The notes under the pieces: model-generated
What the model saw: only the letters and a program-made list of their open reading frames with translations
Databases searched by the model: none
What the model was told of the DNA's origin: nothing
Translations under genes and position numbers: made by a program
In this document: positions 28,353 to 41,700 of the stretch, piece by piece
Layout of the letters: every line of letters begins with the position of its first letter
How positions within the stretch are numbered: position 1 is the first letter of the stretch
Assembly (NCBI RefSeq): GCF_003704095.1
Contig: NW_020844538.1
Location: forward strand, 1-64,000
DNA from: Pocillopora damicornis
Taxonomy: Eukaryota
Length of the DNA: 64,000 bases
Direction: 5' to 3'

Positions 28353-29630
28353 TATGGAGTCAAATCGGGGACAAAATTGGTATCCTTAGTTCGTGTTGTC
28401 GGGTCATACTTCGTGACGTTAAAGTTCTCGTTTTCTGTCCTGGTATCCTTTGATCGTGTCGTCGAGCCATTCGTTCGTGTCGTCGAGTCATACTTGGTAG
28501 AGCTATAGTCCTCATTTCCAAACCCCCTCGTCATGTCGTCGGATGGTGAAACAGGTAAGTGTAACCATGGAAAAGGCCTCTCCAAAACCTTTCTATTACT
28601 TGCTGATTGTGACGGCCACCCTGTGGATGTGTGAGAACATGAACCATGCCACATCAACAGTGCCAGGTCTCCCCTCACCCTTGAAGGAAGACCAATGCCT
28701 GAAACAGCTTTCAAAAACAATGCAAGAACTGTACATCCCTTGTTGTTATTATTGCACTTTTAAAAACATTGTTCTTCGAGAAGATCAATCAACACAGCCA
28801 CGGATGACAAACCCCCACCCAACTAATTTGTGGTTTCCATCCAACTGCCTGGGTGCTAATGGGCCCTGGACAAAGTAGTGTCGACGATTGACAGTGTTGA
28901 GTTGGATTGTTCGTAACAAAACACTAACAGGGTCCGTTCCAAGCAGTGAGGGGCCTCGAGAAAGAATCCTTTCATTCTGCGAATGCCGAAGTTTGGAAAA
29001 TTTTGCAAGGTTTTCTTTACAAGGTCATCAGAACAGTCTTCAGAAAAAAAAAAAGTATACCTTGGTTCCTCCTTAAAAAGCTGAATTCGTCTACAGATTA
29101 TTTTCCTGCTCGTGCCCAACATTGCGACATTTTTTTAAAATGAAAAACCGTAGCATAAGTACAGTTTCAAATCCCCTCGTGGTACCTCGAAGGCAAGTCT
29201 TCCTACTTCGCCAGAATGTACTAATGGCAAGGTTAAAGAACACTCAGCACTTTGTTTATTTCTATCTTTCAAATGCAGATAACTGTTTGCTTCTACCAAG
29301 AGGTCAAGAACGTCATCGAACACGCTCTCCTTTCTAAAGAAAGAGACGATATACCACGTGACGATTAAAAACGTGGTTACCACTGACCGTTACGACATGA
29401 ATTATGTTTCAACGCCACAAAATGTGACGCGACTCGAATTTTTAGGAGGAAGCGACATGAGACACGCCACAAAGATAGCACGTGAATCAGAAAATTCATC
29501 CGGCAACATGACGAGGGAGGTTCAGAGGACAGGAAATGAGAACTTTCGCAGAAGTATGACTCAACGACACGAACAAATGACTCGACGGCACGAACAAGGG
29601 ATACCAATTTTGTCCCCCATATGACCCATA
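28353..29630 (-). mobile_element. IS3EU-type DNA transposon, internally deleted, with a pseudogenised DDE (rve integrase-core) transposase
   Basis: Imperfect TIRs: left TATGGAGTCAAATCGGGGACAAAATTGGTATCC..., right end reverse complement TATGGGTCATATGGGGGACAAAATTGGTATCC..., extending about 150-190 bp with TTCGTGTCGTCGAGTCAT subrepeats. 6-bp flanks are CGATAT / CGATAC. The minus strand at about 29130-28545, read across frameshifts, gives LGTSRKIICRRI...FPNFGIRRMKGF...DPVSVLLR...RRHYFVQGP...LDGNHKLVGW/GFVIRGCVD-stop-SSRRTMFL/CNNNNKGCTVLALF...GLPSRVRGD...HNQ..IERFWR. Confidence 0.85.
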
Positions 29631-30142
29631 CGATACTGAAGGTAGCCGGGAGGGGAGTAAAAATGGGAGGGGTCGCACCCCGACCCAAGCCTCTCTCGTT
29701 TTTGCTCAGCCGCTACTATCGCAACGCTTACTTTTTCGCTTTTTTTGGGCCTGTTTACATGGAGTAGGGGCACCCCCAGAGGGTGAGGTAACCCGCCTAG
29801 GTGGGTTAACCCTCCTGTCTATATATATGTTTTATCTGGAGCACGTTAACTTGATATAGGTGGGGCAACTAGACAACCCGTCTGGACCTCGTACAGCAGG
29901 ACAAAAAGTAGATGGCACATAAAAACAGAAATTTCGTTTTCTGCAGTACATCACGCGACTTTCGTAAAGCTAGTGGCTGGCGTCTTCGATGGCAAATTAA
30001 TTCATTGGCCAGTTGATCCATTGTGGCTTTAGAAGCTACGAGAGATCTATAACGCTTTACTTTATGTCTCGTTATTCATTCGCATTCTATTTCCGTGAAG
30101 CCATCATTAATGTACTTTTTGGGTTCTTTTTGCAACTAGGGG

Positions 30143-30230
30143 TAGCCCACGTGTAGCCAGGCTCCCTCGCCTCCATTTCACCTTTGGGGGGGGGGGGGGG
30201 GGGGAAGAGGGTGCGGCTACACGTAGGCTG
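30143..30230. repeat. Short hairpin MITE-like element with a poly-G loop
   Basis: TAGCCCACGTGTAGCC...GGCTACACGTAGGCT inverted ends around a run of about 19 G. Confidence 0.55.
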
Positions 30231-31546
30231 AACTGGGGGGCCTCTCTGCACTTGCGAAAAAGTTGTTTATTTGGACCAATTTTCTATCACCACCAACACA
30301 CAATTGTTGATGATTTGTCGTGACTTAACAAATTTCATTAGCCGAAAAAAAGAAAAAAAAAACGGACAAATCTTCGAACGCACGGCCGACAAACTTTTGT
30401 TCCAGATAAAAACTGGACGAAATTGACTAGATAAACAAATGTGTGAACTTTTCTATCATTCTTAGCGTGCGAACTCAACATCACGTAGTTATGACGATGG
30501 AGCCTTCCATTCCATTCTTTATTTTATTTATCAAAAAAGAAGCAATTTTTGAATGAGGTCATGTTTATGATGATTGTCAGTTGCAGATTTTGAACCAATG
30601 CCATGTTAATAGCCTAAATTGTAATCCACAAGGTCTTCTTACTCTTCAAAATATCAGTTATAACAATTAATTAACAAACACAAATTGATTCCTGCTAAAT
30701 GACAAACTAGCGAACTGGATTGTCTAAACCTGTACAGGGGCATAACCAGGATTTTTCAAAGGGGGAATCAGACTGAGTCAAACAGAGGGTACACACCAGA
30801 TTGTCATGTTGACATCCGTGTCGTGTTTGACAAAAAAAGGCTTACAAGTTTACCATACTTTTTTTAACGCCAGTTTTCATGCTACCACTGCAGAAATCTG
30901 TCAAAGGCATCCTAGGCTCTACATTCTTTAATTATGATTAGGGTTTTGGTTCTTGCACATTAACAATGGATTATTCCTAGTTACCTCTTGTGAGTATCTA
31001 ACTTAAACTACTATAGGCAGTAGTAACTTTGGAGACTTGAATTTAATTCATACTAATTTTATTAGTAATTGGACCTCATGTTATACAATTTGATTCAGAT
31101 CACAATTGTGACAAATACATTTGTATTAAATTATAACATAACTATAAAACTCAGAATACCATGATACCTGAAATATCTCTGGAATGTTTTATGAGTTACA
31201 ACCAATCACAGGATGGTATGTAAGTAATCCAAACAAAACTACATACAATACATTAATAAATATTAATGCTATCATGTACAATCAAGATTTTCTTGTATTT
31301 GATTGGCTTGTTTTCCTAAATGCAATTACATTCCATAAACATTTTCAGTGCTCACAGACTTCAGAGTTTCACAGTATATACAATATTATTTTTGAAAAAA
31401 AGAATTAGACGACAATTTTGATTTGAGTCTTTGACATGGCAGACCATAGTGGTTTGTCCAACATTTGCGCCTCTCATTGTTTGCAGCACTACTGTTTTAA
31501 TGCCATGGGAAACTGACATCTGAGTCTGTCATTATAAACAGAATGA

Positions 31547-34500
31547 TCAATACAAACTTCCTCCTTTTATGTCTTGCATTATGGCAAATACTTCAGAGTC
31601 TGCAAACAAGAACACTCCAACAACCACATACCAGAGACCCAGAAGAATCAATAATTTCCTTTTCATGGTAAGAACTGGATATTGTACCATCTCTTGAACA
31701 AGACAGATCCCTGAAAATAAAAAAAAAAAGTGATGTAGTATTTGTAAACCTGGCTCATTTTCACAAACGCAGGAACTTGAGGTCATCGAACCAAGGAATA
31801 GTGGTCACTTTTAAGTGCCATGATGGGATACGATAAGTGACTTGGTGTAGAACATGCCATTTGTTGCAAAAGATACAAACTAGTTGTCTAAGTTTCAACT
31901 GATAATATTTTCAGTGCACAATTAACATAAATCAGGGCTGAAAGAGCCTTTTTCCATAGTTGCCACTTAGCAAACCAAAATGTGGAATAGTAGCCAGAAA
32001 TCCAATTCTGGTCAACCGAAAAAAAAAAAAATTAAATAAAAAAAAAATATATATATATATATTCTTCCAGCAGTATTCAATGACAACTAAACCATATAAA
32101 TAATTTTAAAGTAAACAGCATGTCTCGTATTTGTTTATAGAAATATAACTAAATATAAAGAGGCAAAGTTTCACAGAAGAAAGCAACAAAACATGAGAAA
32201 TAATCCACTAAAACTTTCCTCTCTCTCTAATGTCAGCCCATAAAAAGTAAGCAGCCAAAAATAGACACATTCAGGGTGTAAAATTGTGCTTAATACAGGC
32301 GCCAATGTGACTCAATTTTTTACTTTGGCGACCAAATCCTGAAAATTAGTCACCAAATTGGCAACTAGAATGCTTCATCATAACCTAAGTACCTAGAGAT
32401 ACAGTGAATTAAAAAGATTTGCAGAGATAAATCTGTGGCAAACTTCCTTGTTAAGTTTGTTTCAAAAACACAGCACATGCATCTCGATTGATAACTAGAC
32501 ACCATCTTGGATTTAGGTGAGCTTGAATGTTGTATATCATCCAACCTAGTTTCCACTTTGTTGCATGTTAAAGATCTTTTTCCTAGCTTAATATCAGAGG
32601 GTCTATCAAGAACGCTGACAGGGTAAAAAAAGGGTTTAGTTTGTCTATAAAAATGGTTAACAACAGCTTTTGAATTGGCCACCACTTTGGAAAATTCAGG
32701 AGCTGAGAGGCTCTCAGAAGAAAAAAATTAATTTCATGTCCTGACATTGCAACAAAACTGTTGAGCACAGATTGCCAGATTGGCCATGCCCTGCAAATTT
32801 AGTCGTCAAAATGTTGTAGGACACCATGGTGACCAAATCATTGCAACTTATGAGGGTTTGCTTACCTGGGTAAAAGAAAATGAACAGTGCAGCCAGTCCC
32901 CCAATAAGTGCAATTGCTTTTTGTATGTCTTTCACATAAACAGCAATAATAAGGGCTGACCCAAACCACACTAATGTTTGTATGATTCTTCGCCGTTTTT
33001 CATATATTTCAGCAAGAGTTGGAGGCATTCTGAAGGCTGCCAAATACAATCCCTCCAAACAGCTCCTGTAAGTAACAAATTTGACTGACATCAATTTTGT
33101 TGAATCTGTACTTTACAAATACTATACCTCTTTGAGTAAGTGCCTAGGGGCTTACTTAAAATTTTGGCTAAAAGGAGGAGCAGTTATCAGAAGAAGGCTG
33201 CTTAATTGAGGGGGCGCTTATCATTCTCCTGTACTGATTCTGCTGTGGTTGAAGTTCAAACTGCTAGAAATAAAGTAGCACTATAAAAAGGTTTTCCTTG
33301 CATCTCTATTATTTAAGAAAGTTAGGGAGAGAGGGGGAGGGGGAGGGGGAGGCACTTACTCTTGATTTACATTATTGACAAGATTATTGACATTATTACC
33401 TTGATTGACATTATTAACAAGAGGGAGAGGGAGGTATTTACTCTAAAGCAAACCTTGTTTAACATTATTGACAGGAGGGAGGGGGAGGCACCTGCTCCAG
33501 AGGGAACCTTGTTTAACATTATGATCTAGGAGGTAGGTGCTTATTTGAAGAAGGGTGATTGTTAGAGCTTGGGCACTTAACCCTTTAACTCCCATTGTTA
33601 ATTCTCCCCTGTGGCTGCTGCACATTTCCTTGTAAATTAGCTATGAGAACTTGGTGTGAGATCAAGATAGCAGCTTCTACCTGATAAGTTTGAATATTCT
33701 CATGACCTGTTTGCAGAAGAACGTATGGATATTGTAGGGAGAAGTTTTATGTTAATCACTTCTGGGAGTTAAAGGGTTAATCAAGGAAATAAGGTATCTC
33801 TATTATTATGATGCATTAAAAAATTCTCAGGTTTTAACTTTTTCAGAATGTCTTTTAATCCAAAAATAAGAACATCTAAAAAATTTTTTTTAATTATCAT
33901 TTTCAAATAATTATGAAATTACTATAAACTTAGGAATTTAGTATCTCACCTTCCACAAAAAACAACAAATGCCCCTGTTGATAAAACTATGAGGCATATT
34001 GTTACCCTTGAAATATTCACCAAAATGTCATTAGAAGGGTAACTTAAAAGAACATCACTTTTAACTGATGTGCCAAATGTTAAGTAGCCAAATGATGCCG
34101 TAATGGTATAGGCTGTAGTACAAATTGCCATTGCTATGACAACAACAATGCCAAATCTGGGTACACTTGCTCTTTTTAGTTCTGCATAGACAGCCACTGA
34201 AGGGACATGACACTGAAACACAGAAAAGACCAAGTTAGCAAAAAGCTTTTTGTGTGGTGAATACTACAACCAAATTATGTAATATCAAGCAAAGATTAGT
34301 TACTCTTTCTTTCTCTGTTTCTTTTAGGTCATGATAATTGGACAGAGTTTAGCTATTGTGTTCCAAAGAGAATTTCTAATGTCCCTAATCATTTTGTCCA
34401 TTGAACAACATTTAGTATCTTTCCTAAGGTATTGTGTGATTTAAATGTTTGGAGGACATCTTGCTCCTTCTCAGATTTTTCATACAATTATTTCAATAAG

Positions 34501-37500
34501 ATTGTGATGCACAAATTTCCTTAAATAAAATTCCCATAAACAATCAATGTATATTTGAATATGTATATACACCAAATCAAAAATAAAAATGATACACACC
34601 TGAAAACCAAAGCAAATTATTGGAATAGCAGCAAAAGCCTGAGTCCAATTCCAAGATTCCTCAATCCTAAGGAATGAAAACAGAATTGTACACTTAGCCA
34701 CTATAGGAAAGGTGCATGCCAAGATTGTATACATCATCAATCCAACTGTTAAAATAATCAGAGCAATTTTTAAATCAACTATTGAAAATCCAAAACTAAC
34801 TAATCATAACAAAGGTTTACATTATCATTAACCAATGAGCAATTAACCCTTTAATTCCCATAAGTGACCAAGACAGAATTTTTCCTTACAATATCAATAC
34901 AATATCAACTAGATAAGTGATGAGAATAAAGAAAAGATCAATTTGGTGATAATTAGTTGATTCAATACTAAATTCTCTGAACTAACATTATAAGAATTGT
35001 ATTGTTGATGGTAAGAAGAATTACAAATTTGATCTGGGAGTTGAGGGGTTAAATTAAAACAGGCAAACCTTAAAAAAATGCAGGAGAATCTGAGCATTCA
35101 TTTTACATCTGATTGGTTATAGGGATGGACAGTGTTTTGTAGACCAATCACAGGCTAAATCACATTAATGAAAAAAAGACAAAAAATTCTTGGTTTACTT
35201 TTGACATGCAATTGAGAATTGCTCTTCTTAGGGGTACTTACTCTTCATAGTCTTTACTATCAATGTGATGCCCATCAAAGTATTTTATTGCAGTTACTAT
35301 GCAAACAAAAAGCGCCCCAACTGTTCCAAGAGCACTGAAAATAATTTATCAACAGGTCAGTAAAAAATGTGAACAAATAATACCACTGAATCATACTACA
35401 CATTGTAAGCTCACAACTGATTGAAAGCAAACTTGCTAAGTTCAAGTGAAGCTCTAGAGCATTTTGACAATTTGTCAATATTACTTTAATTTAAAGGAGC
35501 AAAAAAAGTATAGTCTCATGCCTTAAAACTATTGCTTCACAGAAGAATTTGAGTTGATAGGAAAATCATGAAAAATGTGAAAGGGAAAGATGCAAAAAAA
35601 ATTCTGGTCATGGACCTGGAGAGTGATTTATCCCTCAGATAGCATTATCCACCCTTAGAACAAATGAGTCATGATTGTTATAGTCAACGCACCTTGAATA
35701 ACTAAGAACTTTCAAAGTTTTTGGAAGACACAGTGGTAAGAGAAAGAGAATGCACATCGCACACATGAGAAATTCGCGACTTAAATACCAGCCAGGAGTA
35801 GAGTCAATAGCTTCTCCAACTATAAACATAAAATAGAAAGTGTACCATTAAGCTCTATAGTGCATGCTCTATCCTGCATGCTGTACATTAAATAAAAGGG
35901 GTTTTGTCCTGAGAAAAACTCAACTTCTGTAAGAATTGATTAAAGTACACATACATATTTTCGGGTAGATATATAGAATATCTGTATTGGGTATGTTTGA
36001 CACTAAAGTGGGAAAACTTGTGTGAAGGCTCTCCTTTACTGCATGTTGTACAGTAAGTTTGGGGTCTCCATAGAAACCTTTTTTAAATCTATGGTGCCAA
36101 TAAAAGTTGCTTTTGGTAGGCTAGGATTTTGACCAAATCTTGTAAGGTCCAGAGAACCAACATCTCAACACAATGCATTAACTGTTTTTAGCCTGGTGTC
36201 CATGTCTCCCACAACAAAAACATCTAGTAAAAAAAGTGTGCACTTCTGCCCAGAGTTATGATCAGATCACCGAACAATTTTGTTAGAAGTCTAGTGAGAG
36301 GATAAAAAACCATACTTAAGGTCATGATAACCATAAAAAAAGGAAATTGATTATAATTCGGAAGTGTCACATATCACTTTACTTGCCTTTCTCCAGTTGA
36401 TCACCAATCAAAATCATATATGCCACAGTAGAACCATACATGTATAACATAATGACTATCTGTGTTAAAATGTATGCCCCTGGACCAAGTACTTCACGGA
36501 TTATCTCTTGAAAATTCTGAGAGCCATGATTTTCGGCACAATATGCTAGGATCAGGAATGCTCCAGTAATAAACACCAATAAAGACTGTGAAAGATGAAA
36601 AAATAAATGTTGTATTACAAAAATTCTGGTTCACCATTAATTAGAAATTTACAAACTGAAAGGAAATTGTGCAGCTTGGCTCTTAAGAGTAACTAGCATC
36701 TAATTTCTCTTTTAATATCAACCATGAATCACATTTTAAGATAATGAGAATATAAGGAAATGATCACCAACTGAAGAAACTCTTGATTGTTTAACAAATT
36801 CTCCCTGCCAGCACCTTAGGAAATATATAGAGAACAGTATGGAGAATATATATACTAATGTTAGGGAGTAAAGGGTTAACAAAAGTCCACAGGGCATTTA
36901 CTTGTCATCTTATTCTGACCTTGGTATAACTAAAACTAGCTGCGAGGGCCGGCTACCGCAACAACAGTGATAATATGGGAAGATGTTGTGTGTCACGTCA
37001 CTTAAATGGAAATTAGCAAAAATTTGAGTTTCACACAGGAATAGAACCCTAAGCCATCAGATCCTACCCTCTGAGTTACAAAGAACCTTCATGTTGGGCT
37101 AGGTCAATTTTGGGTTCATATGTAAAACACACACTGGATCAGCACTTTAGAAAGCACTGTTTGCAGCAATACTATAGGGAAGATGATAACTTTTGAGCTT
37201 AATTACCTTGGAAAAAAATCGTGTAGGACGAAGGAAAAATATATTTCCCTTCGAGAAATAAATCAGAGATAATCTTCTCAGTAGAGGGGTGTTTCAATCT
37301 AATAAGAAAATGATAGCATGCTGATTTGTTACAAATAACCCGATAAAATTTCCGCACAGCCCCATACTATTGTAAAACAAAATTGTTTTCCCAATGGCGA
37401 AGTATTGTTTTTGTCATTGTTTTTTCTTTTCAAGAAGTGAATGCATAATGTAGTATGGGGCTGTGCGGAAATTTAACCAATAACCCTGCACCAAGAAGGT

Positions 37501-37901
37501 CTAGTTCATGGGTCTTAATATGTGATTAAGTCGTTTCTTTTTCTTACTAATGACATAATACCCACCATTTGAGCAGTAAGAGCGGTGGTAATGCCTCCAC
37601 ATTGCGCATATGCTTGGGGAAAATTCAAAATTCCAGCACCAAGAGCTGAATTTACCACCAAAAGAGCTGCTCTCCAAATAGGTAAACCCTCCGCGTAATG
37701 ATTCTCACCCGGTCGTTGGATCACTGAACGAGATTTAAACACACCAGCACTGGAGGTAGTGTCTAAATCACTTGTTGCACCTGGCTGATTAAGCATAGTT
37801 ACTTCACTACCACTGTAGTATGGGCTTTCATAACGACTTCCTTGTAGGTTCCTTTTGTCAAGAAGGGCTTGTTGTTCCGACAAATCGAGGCTGTGGGTCA
37901 T
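31547..37901 (-). CDS. SLC38A7: SLC38A7/SLC38A8-like amino acid transporter, tandem copy 2, 8 exons
   Basis: Same exon structure as copy 1: 37901-37566 (MTHSLDLSEQQALL...VVNSALGAGILNFPQAYAQCGG), about 36585-36387, 35819-35692, 35335-35242, 34666-34600, 34212-33950 (CHVPSV...FCGR), 33066-32866, 31710-31547. Confidence 0.88.
33577..33780. mobile_element. piggyBac-type MITE nested in an older Tc1/pogo-like element
   Basis: Perfect ends TTAACCCTTTAACTCCC...GGGAGTTAAAGGGTTAA. It interrupts an element at about 33121-33797 whose reverse complement also occurs at about 10410-10730. Confidence 0.8.
34843..35052. mobile_element. piggyBac-type MITE, subfamily C
   Basis: TTAACCCTTTAATTCCCA...TGGGAGTTGAGGGGTTAA. 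The same subfamily occurs at about 12155-12370, 62869-63080 and beside the gap at 60678-60736. Related copies lie at 17237-17432 and 17876-18082. Confidence 0.8.
37347..37473. mobile_element. 127-bp Tourist/PIF-Harbinger-like MITE
   Basis: Perfect TIR of about 23 bp (AATTTCCGCACAGCCCCATACTA / TAGTATGGGGCTGTGCGGAAATT) flanked by TAA on both sides. It lies in intron 1 of SLC38 copy 2. Confidence 0.7.
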
Positions 37902-38778
37902 ATTCTTTGGGCTCACGAATTCTTAGGACTCCTTATGAAAAGTGAATACCCTGCAATCAACGTTTCGTGTTCACTGGTAACTATTTTGGCTTCAGAATAG
38001 TAGTTTCTATATTTAACAAATCTGCACGTGAATCGACAATGAATCCAGTTCAGCCGGTAAATCTGATAAACCGGTCTCCCGCAGACTGGATCAAGATTTA
38101 CGCAACCACCGAATTTCCTTCGCCGGTGGAGTAGAATTTTAGAGCTCTCGAGTTAATGAAGGATGTCAAACGCTTGCTCTCCCTAATAATGAATTATAAA
38201 TAATGTTGAGTGTGGTCTACCGAAAAGTCGCACGATTGAAGTAGACCGGCAATTGGCGCAGTAAACTTCGTTAGAGAATGGAAGGGTGGTGATCAATTGT
38301 GCATATGACGTAATTTCCACATCAATTCTTGCGCCATTTTACGTTTCTTAGGCGAGAGAAATGGTGAAATAGTAACTTCGTTGCGGTGGAAGATGACAAG
38401 ATCTAACGAAGAAGTGAGAAAGTTTTGCGATAGTATCCGTAGAGGAGGGATTGTCGACGAAATTAATCCCCTACCTTAAATCTCGTGATCTTGACCTTGA
38501 GAATTTCGGTGCCTCAATCCCGCGCCCTTTTCCCGCCAATCGGTAGGACCCGCAGGACTTTCTAACCCACGGATCCGTATGTTAATGCCATAGGTTTTTT
38601 CTATTAACTTTTGAAAGTTTTTTGGTCTTCTCTATCCAACTGTATAATCATTGAGGGTGATTTATACTGAAGACAAAGGTAGGCCCCTTCATACTATGAC
38701 TTATGGATAGAGAGCCGGGAAACACTCTTACATGACGTGGTGAATACTATTTCCAGTACTAACCGAGATTCATCTAAG

Positions 38779-41700
38779 ATGGCGGACGAAATTTGCGCAA
38801 AACGGATTAAGAAGTCTGATGGTGTTAACATGGTTACTTGTCAAGCCCCAGTCAATATTGCCATCATAAAATACTGTAAGTGAGATATAATTAATTTACA
38901 GATAGCTTTCAGATGCTGAAAAAAATTCTATACTTATTTCCTGTAAAACAAAAACGATAAAGACTGAAATGTGAAAAAACATTTTATGTTGCAGGGGGGA
39001 AAAGAAACGAACAGCTTATTCTACCTTTGAATTCTTCACTAAGTGTAACTCTTGATAAGAAAGAGGTAACGTAAATTTCGAATATTTTTGTTGTTTTTAA
39101 AAGTGGTCGGGTCACATAAACTGTCTATAACTGAAAACACCAGCATAAACGTCAATATCAAGCTTGTCCCCTTTCATAATATAGTGTGGTCAGCAAAAAA
39201 ATTAACATGACCAAATTTTATAGTTTCTTTAGAAACATATGTGCTGTGTTGACAGGGATTTAAGAAAAAACCTTGTTGTTTTTCATCGAGGAGTTAATAT
39301 GAAAGATAAACTGCAGTTGCCAAGTTTGAAAAGTTGATGTTTTGAGGAAGTGGAACAAGGCTAATGGTAGTAAGTCAGGTGTACATAACTAAACCGATGA
39401 GGGACTCACGACATGTACACCACAGCATTTATTAACCCATGCCAAAAGATATTTTCACCCCAGCACCTACACTAAGAATAAAATAGATAAACAATTTTGT
39501 ACCAACAAGTTAAAGACCAAGATCAAGATGAAGATTAGTAATTGTAATCTGTGGTTTGTTCTTACTTTAGCTCCATTCTTCTACAACTGTTGCAGTTAGT
39601 GAGGATTTTTCTGAAGATTGTCTTTGGCTCAATGGAAGGTTTGGTAGCATATAATACCAGATGAGATTTGTATCAAGATTCGTTGTCTAGGAATTTTAAA
39701 ACATCCTATTACCAGTAAGACTCTGATATTCTTACACAAGGAATATTGAGTTTTATTGATATTGAGTTAAATTTTCATTTTTTATTTTTATTTTGGGGTA
39801 TTAGATGCCAAGCTTTACTACATGTAAGTCTTCCACCATGATAAACAAAATTTTTTAATACATTTATACAGCGGTTTTGAAACTCAAGGCCACATTCCAA
39901 AAATGTACCCTAAATATAGTATTATTGTACAATGAGAAAAAGGAGATCAAGATGAATTATAATTTCCAGGGCACATGCATGTAACTCACTTTTTCCCTCT
40001 TATTCAGGAAGCATAACATTGCTGAAATGCCACGGATTCAAAAGTGTCTAGCAACAAGTGAGTTCTGGTTTGATTTAGTCACCATTGGAATTTTTTTTAT
40101 ATGCAATCAAGTGAATGGATTTATTATCCAATTATGACAACTATCTATTTTATTTACGTTGTAATACATTTTGAAAATTGGAAGTTTTAGAATTAATCTA
40201 CTCTTTTCTTAGAAGAAATTTTAGTCATATCTGTTCAGTCTCAAATGGAGGATGTCTTGATCAACATTGCTATAAAAGTCACATCATTTTCTTTTTCAGT
40301 GAGGAAGCTGTCACACAATGAGTCTCTTAAGGACTGCTGTATTCACATTTGCTCACAGAACAACTTCCCTACTGCTGCAGGCCTGGCTTCATCTGCTGCT
40401 GGATATTCCTGCCTAGGTAGAAAAAGAGGAATCCTTCATGTAAATTTACACACACAAAGGTTTGATCTTTTGAGACAGGAGACTTATTATACTCTTGAGT
40501 TTAGGAAGGCACAGTGAGATGAAAAGGTTATGCACAATGATCCTACAAGGGCTCAAACTTTGACCTCCTGATGTTGATTTCAGTGTTAAAACCATTAACT
40601 CTTGACACCCTGGCATCAGTATACATATTCTCCATACTGTTCTCTATACATTTTCAAGGGTGCTGACAAGGAGAACTTGTTTCACACCAAGAGTTTTTTC
40701 AGTTGGTGATAATTTCCTTTATTCTTTTGACCTTAATGTGTGAGTCAGGGATGGGGTATGGAGAAATTAGATGCACATCACTCTTAGGGGTTAAGAATTA
40801 TGCTTATTTAATGTTAGCCTCCAGGTACTCTTTCAATTAGCAGAAAAATGAAGTTGATGTACTCTTACACACACACACACACACACACATTCAGACTTTC
40901 CAATTTTCACAAAAAGTTGTGTAGCTTTGAATGTCAGTATGTATACATTCCAATTTTATTATAGTGATGATAATTTTTGTACACAGTTTTTGCTCTGTCA
41001 AGATTACTTCAAGTCAAGGGTGATCTTTCAAGAATAGCAAGGTGGGATAACTGAACCTCCTCCACTAACAGAAAGAAACAACAATAATGATGTGTACTTT
41101 CATGAGTAGAAGAAGTCACCACCATAAACTTTACAAAGAATGGTTTTATTGAGAACTCAAGAAACGCCAAAAGACTGAAGGGCATGACATATTCTGATGG
41201 CTGATTTTTTTATTGCTTGTTTGTCTCCCTTTTTCGTTTTTATTGTGATGTTATAGGCAGGGGTCAGGAAGTGCTTGCCGCAGTATGTATGGAGGGTTTG
41301 TTGAGTGGGAAAAAGGTGATGCAGAGGATGGATCAGACAGCATTGCTAAACAGGTAATCATATAATTGTTTGTTTCTTACCCCTTGGTCCAAACAAAGAA
41401 ATTTACAAAGAAATTTTCATAAGATATTGGTTTACAATAAGACATTGAAGAGATTAAAAAACATGCATTTAACAGTTTGAGAGAAATTGGAAAATGGTCT
41501 TACACAAAGGTAATTGGGGTTTTAGAAAAAAAACTTGCCATAAATGCGATATGTGCTTTTGTTGGTTTGCAAGCTTTTCATGATGTTCTTGTAGATAAGC
41601 CACCCCCCTGATTTGTTACCAAAATTTTGGGAAAAGAGTTGTGGCATATATTCTGGTGTTTGCAGTACATCGCAATTCAAAATTTTGAGTCACAGGTCAT

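Noticed and set aside
28543-28878. 111-aa + strand ORF with a signal-peptide-like N-terminus and cysteines
   Set aside because: It is the antisense reading of the decayed IS3EU transposase.
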